Shown here one piece after another: positions 58,681 to 64,000 of a stretch of 64,000 nucleotides of DNA (positions are counted from its first letter, which is position 1; every line of letters begins with the position of its first letter). Origin of the DNA: an uncultured bacterium (GTDB lineage Bacteria; Zixibacteria; MSB-5A5; GN15; FEB-12); contig CBDVDR010000016.1 of assembly GCA_965372795.1 (NCBI GenBank), positions 1 through 64,000 of the forward strand, given 5' to 3'. The notes below the pieces were generated by a model. The model ran no database searches. It was given only the letters and a program-made list of their open reading frames with translations, and had not been told where the DNA came from. The translations under genes and the position numbers were made by a program.

Positions 58681-61323
58681 ATGGCGGCAAACGAATTTGA
58701 TGATGACCAAACAAGATCGTTTACTCTATTAGTCGCTGGTACCAAAGTCTCGCATTACACAATCATCTCCAAGATCGGTGCCGGTGGAATGGGTGAAGTC
58801 TATCTGGCAGAAGATTCTCAATTAGATCGTAAAGTTGCCTTAAAATTCCTCCCCCCTCATCTCTCTCAAAATAAAGCCAGTCGTGCTCGATTTGCACGTG
58901 AAGCAAAAGCTGCCGCCAAGCTTGATCATCCAAACATTGTCCCAGTTTACGAAGTTGGTGAATTTCAGGACAGACCGTACTTCGCTATGGCGCATATTGA
59001 GGGTCAATCTCTCAAGGAAGTTATCAGGGAAGGAAAGCTAACAGTACCCAATGCGGTTGAATACACCAAACAAATATGTGAAGGACTTTATAAGGCTCAT
59101 GAATCAAATGTTGTACATCGTGATATAAAACCTGCCAATATAATTATCGACAATGATAATAAACCTCGCATCCTTGATTTTGGATTGGCTACAGTTCAGG
59201 GTGAAGAAAAGCTGACCCAAACCGGTTCAACATTGGGTACGGTTGGCTACATGTCGCCTGAGCAGATCACCGGCAAGAGTGTTGATCATCGCTCTGATCT
59301 GTTTTCAGTTGGAGTGATTTTATATGAAATGCTCACCGGACGACGTCCTTTTGAGGGCGACAACGATGTTTCTATTCTCAATGCCATAACCAGTTCGACT
59401 CCGGAACCGGTGGCTCGTTTCAAGTCTGGCGTTACAGGAGAATTACAACAAATTGTAAACAAAGCCCTCGCAAAAGATTCTTCCGTTCGCTATCAGCATG
59501 CTGATGGGATGCTTGCTGACCTGAAGGGTCTTAGCATAGAGTCCAAGAGCCGGGTGAAGAGAAAGCTTCCCCTGTGGATAGCTGTAACAATTGTAGCTTT
59601 GGTTTTAGGATTTTTCGGTCTTTCTCAGATACTTGACGAGCGCACTTTCTCCTCGGGGCCAACCAGACTCGCCGTGCTACCTTTTGGGAATCTGGGTGAG
59701 AGAGATAAAGACTATTTTGCTACAGGGATGACCGACGAAATCATTAACAAGCTTATCTCAATCAGAGATTTGAAAGTGATTACAAGACAAAGTGCGGGAC
59801 GGATGAAACAGGAGGGGATGGACGTCAGCCAGATCGGTAAAGAACTAGGGGTTGACTATGTTCTGGATGCTTCGGTTCACTGGTTGAAAAGCAGCAATGG
59901 TGCCAAGCGTGTTAAACTGGTAACACGTTTAATTAAAGTATCTGACGGGTCTGTTCACTGGGGAAAATCATATGATACGACCATGACAGAGCTTTTTGAC
60001 ATTCAAGCGGATATGGCCACAAGGATTTCCGAGCAACTTGGGGTTGTGCTTACTCCTCAAGAGAAGATCATTGTCGCGGGAAGAACCACGAACAGCGACG
60101 AAGCCTGGGATTATTTTGTTCGAGGAGATAGTTATTATAATGAAGACCCATACTCTGAGAAATATCTTAACCTGGCTCTGGAAATGTATAATAAAGCTAT
60201 CGAGACAGATTCTGGTTTTGCCAAAGCCTATACGCAAAAATCGCGAATGTACACCCGATTATATTTCTACAACATCAATGTAACCGATTCCATTAAGTCG
60301 CTTTCTTGGGAAATGGCTAATAAGGCAATTGAAGTCTGCTCTGACCGCTCTTCTGATCACGAAGGTCACATGGCCCTTGCAAATTACTATTATCGTTGTG
60401 AAAGAGATTATGAGAGAGCCTTAGAATCGTTGGATAAGGCGTATGTAGGGATCGGCGGAAAGGATAACGCAGGATATCATCATTTTGCTTCTACTTACTT
60501 ACGTCGTATGGGAAGATGGAAGGAAGCCTACAAACATGGAGCAATCGCCGCCGAAATGGAACCGAAAAACTTCCACTTACACAATGAGCTTGGTGGCACA
60601 CTCATCTTGATGCGGAAATACAGAGAAGCGGAAAAGTCTTTTCGAAAGGCAATCGCGCTGAAACCTGATTATTTTGTGCCGTACGAAATGTTGACTGAGG
60701 TAAGTATCAGTTGGCAGGCTGATACCGAGAGGGCGCGGGAAATCATAGAATCTTCATGGCATAAAATTGAAGATACCGCTCGCTGGGGGGATTTCATGAT
60801 AACTCTTAACGGAATGGAAGGGGATTTTGAGGCCGTAAGAAACCATGCCAATTCATACTCGGATAAAGCATTGTTATATGATTGGCAGGATATTACAGAT
60901 TCTGCTGTAATTTATTGGGATTCAGCTCTGATTGAAAATCAAGAAGAATTAAAGGATAAAACGCTGACTCCCATCCAATGGGGTAGCCTTGGAAAATTGT
61001 ATGCTCGTATGGGAAACCGTAAAGAAGCAATAAATCATATTAATAAAGCATTGGAATTGATGCCTATGTCGAGGGATGCGCTTGACGGAACTGATCATCT
61101 GATTCAGCTTTTCTATTGTTATGTTTTCTTCGGCGAATTTGAAAATGCTAACAATCAAGCTGAGAAGATTCTTCAAGTCCCTGCCTATTTTGATATTGGA
61201 CAACTCTTATTGGATCCCGACACACGTAAATTTATCAAACATCCAGGCTTTGCGCGCTTGGTTAGTGAGTATGGCAATGAATATCATAAACGGCTTTATA
61301 TAGAAAAAGTCGGACAGTTGTAA
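58681..61323 (+). CDS. Hanks-type Ser/Thr protein kinase with TM, TolB-N-like and TPR domains (cassette E-F)
   Basis: GAGGMGEVY, VALK, HRDIKPAN, DFGLA, YMSPEQ; LAVLPF; TPRs. Confidence 0.92.
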   Translation: MAANEFDDDQTRSFTLLVAGTKVSHYTIISKIGAGGMGEVYLAEDSQLDRKVALKFLPPHLSQNKASRARFAREAKAAAKLDHPNIVPVYEVGEFQDRPYFAMAHIEGQSLKEVIREGKLTVPNAVEYTKQICEGLYKAHESNVVHRDIKPANIIIDNDNKPRILDFGLATVQGEEKLTQTGSTLGTVGYMSPEQITGKSVDHRSDLFSVGVILYEMLTGRRPFEGDNDVSILNAITSSTPEPVARFKSGVTGELQQIVNKALAKDSSVRYQHADGMLADLKGLSIESKSRVKRKLPLWIAVTIVALVLGFFGLSQILDERTFSSGPTRLAVLPFGNLGERDKDYFATGMTDEIINKLISIRDLKVITRQSAGRMKQEGMDVSQIGKELGVDYVLDASVHWLKSSNGAKRVKLVTRLIKVSDGSVHWGKSYDTTMTELFDIQADMATRISEQLGVVLTPQEKIIVAGRTTNSDEAWDYFVRGDSYYNEDPYSEKYLNLALEMYNKAIETDSGFAKAYTQKSRMYTRLYFYNINVTDSIKSLSWEMANKAIEVCSDRSSDHEGHMALANYYYRCERDYERALESLDKAYVGIGGKDNAGYHHFASTYLRRMGRWKEAYKHGAIAAEMEPKNFHLHNELGGTLILMRKYREAEKSFRKAIALKPDYFVPYEMLTEVSISWQADTERAREIIESSWHKIEDTARWGDFMITLNGMEGDFEAVRNHANSYSDKALLYDWQDITDSAVIYWDSALIENQEELKDKTLTPIQWGSLGKLYARMGNRKEAINHINKALELMPMSRDALDGTDHLIQLFYCYVFFGEFENANNQAEKILQVPAYFDIGQLLLDPDTRKFIKHPGFARLVSEYGNEYHKRLYIEKVGQL

Positions 61324-61354
61324 AAATTCCCTAAGATCAAGGTACGTCACTGAT

Positions 61355-61397
61355 CATACATCAAAAAGTTGCAAAAGTTGTCTAATGAATCCTGTCT
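61355..61397 (+). repeat. att-like site F
   Basis: CATACATCAAAAAGTTGCAAAAGTTGTCTAATGAATCCTGTCT. Confidence 0.85.
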
Positions 61398-61636
61398 TTG
61401 ACCTATATGCTTGACAATTGTTGAGCATTTTTTTGTAAATATACAAAGGCATAAACCGATTTGGCGACATTTTACCCCCATAATTTGTGTTTGTTTTTAT
61501 TGGCTATATTACTCATTTTATATATTGAGAATACGAAAAAACAAAATAGAAATATTTTAGCCTATGGTGACAAACAGTTTTGATGATGTTTCCAAAAATA
61601 TTTTAAATTTTTATTTTGAAAGTATGATCGTGAGAC

Positions 61637-63913
61637 ATGAATAAATTTTTACAAAAACAATTTGGTTTTCAACAGATTGAAATAAAAAAACTCAACGGCT
61701 ATGAGAATCAAAACTATCTGGTTAAAAGCGAACGCGGGAAATATGTTTTTAAAACATATCTCAAAAACAGAGAATTGTTAGCACTGATTGAAGCAGAGAA
61801 TGAAACACTTTTATTTTTGCAAAACAGTAAGAGTGAGAAATTCCCCAAACCAATTCAATTTACAGATGGCAGTCTGGTCAAAAATCTTAAAATAGACGGA
61901 AAAGAACGAATATGTAGAATGCTCTCTTTCCTTGATGGGCATTTATTAGGAGAAGTAACCCACACAAAAAGCTTATTTCAATCTTTGGGAGCCTTTCTGG
62001 CTCAATTGGATAAACAACTTCAATCGTTCAATAGCTATACCCTCAAGGCAAGACAATGGGAATGGGGTGTTCAATACTTTCATTGGAATAAAAAATACAT
62101 TAAGGATATCGCAAGTGCGAAGAACCGAAGCATGGTAAGCTATTTTTTTCAACAATTTGAAGAAAATGTTGTTCCTATACTTCCTGAGTTAAGAAAATCC
62201 ATTATTCACAATGATGCCAACGAATGGAATGTTTTGGTGAATGATGGAGAAGTATCGGGTATTATTGATTTTGGTGATTTGGGGTACTCTCCACTTATTA
62301 ATGAATTGGCAGTAGCTATTGCTTATTCCTGTTTCGACAAGGAAAATCCTTTGGAATGGGCATCTACCATTCTAAAATCATATCACCAAATATTGCCGAT
62401 TGAAGAAAATGAAATAACAGTTTTATACTACCTGATAGCGGCCAGACTATGCACAAGTGTATGTAATTCTGCCTATTCAAAAAAACAAAATCCTGATAAC
62501 AAATATGCCTTTGTAAGTGAAAAATCGGCTTGGGGAATGCTCTATCGTTGGCTAAGAATCAATCCGATAGCAGCTGAAAACAGTTTCCGCATAGCGATAG
62601 GGTTGCATACTTTTAATCCGAAGTCAACTGACAAAATGATAAAAGAAAGACATGATATAGCGAGTCCTGTACTTGCTTTGACTTATTCGAAGCCGATTTA
62701 TATGACCGGGGCAGCTTTTCAATATATGTTTGATGCCTACGGGAATACGTACTTAGACGCATACAATAATATTCCTCAGGTCGGTCATTCACACCCGAAA
62801 GTAGTAGCGGCCGGTCAGAAACAAATGGCTGCACTCAATACTAACACAAGGTATCTCTACGATCTTTTACCTGAGTATGCTAATAAGTTATTATCTAAAT
62901 TCCCTGACTCACTTAACAAAGTATTCTTTGTTAATTCCGGGAGTGCCGCATGTGATTTAGCAATTAGATTAGCCCAAGCGCATACCGGGCACAAAAACAT
63001 TATGGTAGTCGAACATGGTTATCACGGTCAAACTCAGACCGGAATAGATATCAGCGCCTATAAGTTTAGCAACCAAGCAGGCCAAAGGCAAAAAGACTAC
63101 GTCCTTAAGGCAACTATTCCCGACACTTACAGAGGGCAATATACTACCAATGATGGCAGTGCCGGAAAATTGTACGCTACTGATGCGATTGTACAGATTA
63201 ATAATTCAGACTCACCAATTGCGGCCTTTATCAGCGAACCTATAGTAGGTTGCGGCGGACAGGTTCCTTTAGCCAGAGGATATTTAAAAGAAATTTACCC
63301 GGAGATAAGAAAACAAGGCGGAGTTTGTATTAGCGATGAAGTTCAAACAGGATTCGGACGTTTGGGAGATTTGTTCTGGGGATTTGAGGCGCAAGAAGTT
63401 GTACCTGATATTGTAATTTTAGGAAAACCTATGGGCAATGGTCATCCTATGGGAGCGGTAATAACCACAACAGGAATAGTCGAATCATTTAGTAAAGGGG
63501 TTGAGTTTTTTAGTTCATTTGGCGGTAATCCGGTTTCGTGTGCGATTGGCTTATCTGTTTTAGAGGTGATTGAAGAAGAAAAGTTGCAGGAAAATGCGAG
63601 GATAGTGGGTGATTTCTATAAATCACTTTTTATTGAACTTCAAAAAGAGTTTCCTTGTATTGGTGATGTAAGAGGTTCCGGTTTATTTATTGGTGTGGAA
63701 TTGATAAAAAATGAAAATAACTCAGAACCAGATACTCATTTAGCCAATCATATTAAAAACGAACTTAGAAACCGAAATATACTCATCAGTACAGATGGTC
63801 CTTTTGATAGTGTTCTTAAAACTAAACCTCCGTTGTGTTTTACTAAGGAAAATGCTCAACAAGTAACAGACCAGATCTATGAAGTGTTAAAAACATATTA
63901 CTGCAAAAGATAA
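61637..63913 (+). CDS. Aminoglycoside/hydroxylysine kinase-like phosphotransferase fused to a class III PLP aminotransferase/phospho-lyase (cassette F-G)
   Basis: IHNDANEWN and IIDFGD kinase motifs; [25 protein letters not shown] motifs. Confidence 0.88.
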   Translation: MNKFLQKQFGFQQIEIKKLNGYENQNYLVKSERGKYVFKTYLKNRELLALIEAENETLLFLQNSKSEKFPKPIQFTDGSLVKNLKIDGKERICRMLSFLDGHLLGEVTHTKSLFQSLGAFLAQLDKQLQSFNSYTLKARQWEWGVQYFHWNKKYIKDIASAKNRSMVSYFFQQFEENVVPILPELRKSIIHNDANEWNVLVNDGEVSGIIDFGDLGYSPLINELAVAIAYSCFDKENPLEWASTILKSYHQILPIEENEITVLYYLIAARLCTSVCNSAYSKKQNPDNKYAFVSEKSAWGMLYRWLRINPIAAENSFRIAIGLHTFNPKSTDKMIKERHDIASPVLALTYSKPIYMTGAAFQYMFDAYGNTYLDAYNNIPQVGHSHPKVVAAGQKQMAALNTNTRYLYDLLPEYANKLLSKFPDSLNKVFFVNSGSAACDLAIRLAQAHTGHKNIMVVEHGYHGQTQTGIDISAYKFSNQAGQRQKDYVLKATIPDTYRGQYTTNDGSAGKLYATDAIVQINNSDSPIAAFISEPIVGCGGQVPLARGYLKEIYPEIRKQGGVCISDEVQTGFGRLGDLFWGFEAQEVVPDIVILGKPMGNGHPMGAVITTTGIVESFSKGVEFFSSFGGNPVSCAIGLSVLEVIEEEKLQENARIVGDFYKSLFIELQKEFPCIGDVRGSGLFIGVELIKNENNSEPDTHLANHIKNELRNRNILISTDGPFDSVLKTKPPLCFTKENAQQVTDQIYEVLKTYYCKR

Positions 63914-63980
63914 ATGTCATTAAAAACAAGCATTGATTAGTTTTATTCAGTCATAGTAGAACACCTGATATATTTTGGGA

Positions 63981-64000
63981 ATACATCAAAAAGTTGCGAA
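63981..64000 (+). repeat. att-like site G (truncated by the window end)
   Basis: ATACATCAAAAAGTTGCGAA, identical to the corresponding part of site D. Confidence 0.85.

Noticed and set aside
423..62834. Numerous short antisense or alternate-frame ORFs in the track
   Set aside because: They lie inside well-supported genes and lack an RBS or recognisable motifs.
49554..64000. Repeats interpreted as a CRISPR array or classical integron attC sites
   Set aside because: Spacing is 0.56-4.1 kb with whole genes between copies; there are no cas genes, no tyrosine integrase IntI, and the sites lack RYYYAAC...GTTRRRY palindromic structure.

Overview
AT-rich bacterial chromosomal window from a Gram-negative organism (a Zixibacteria/FCB-like origin is my guess from the gene content and was not tested). 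Positions 1-38.5 kb are mostly housekeeping genes (gcvT, comB, rpmE-DUF1385-prfA-prmC-nth, purL, tpx, pepF). Embedded in them are an HTH-fused, apparently catalytically dead aconitase/LeuC homologue, a four-gene TIR/membrane defence-like islet, and a DUF3179 gene with an in-frame UGA plus a SECIS-like hairpin (probable selenoprotein). From 38.6 kb, tRNA-Val and tRNA-Asp are followed by a large serine recombinase whose stop codon lies inside the tRNA-Asp 3' end. It begins a ~10.8 kb integrative element carrying a Rep-like protein, a C-protein with C-boxes, an MTase-ParB-nuclease-like operon and an RRE/radical SAM pair. The main discovery lies downstream: at least 7 direct copies of a ~43 bp site (consensus CATACATCAAAAAGTTGCGAAGATCGTCTAATGAACCCCGCCA) end in the tRNA-Asp 3' terminus and divide the rest of the window into 0.56-4.1 kb integrase-less gene cassettes. 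On the minus strand each site encodes an in-frame alternative C-terminal tail for the recombinase (RGSLDDLRNFLMY...). This looks like an integron-like cassette array run by a serine recombinase at a tRNA, and it continues past the window end.
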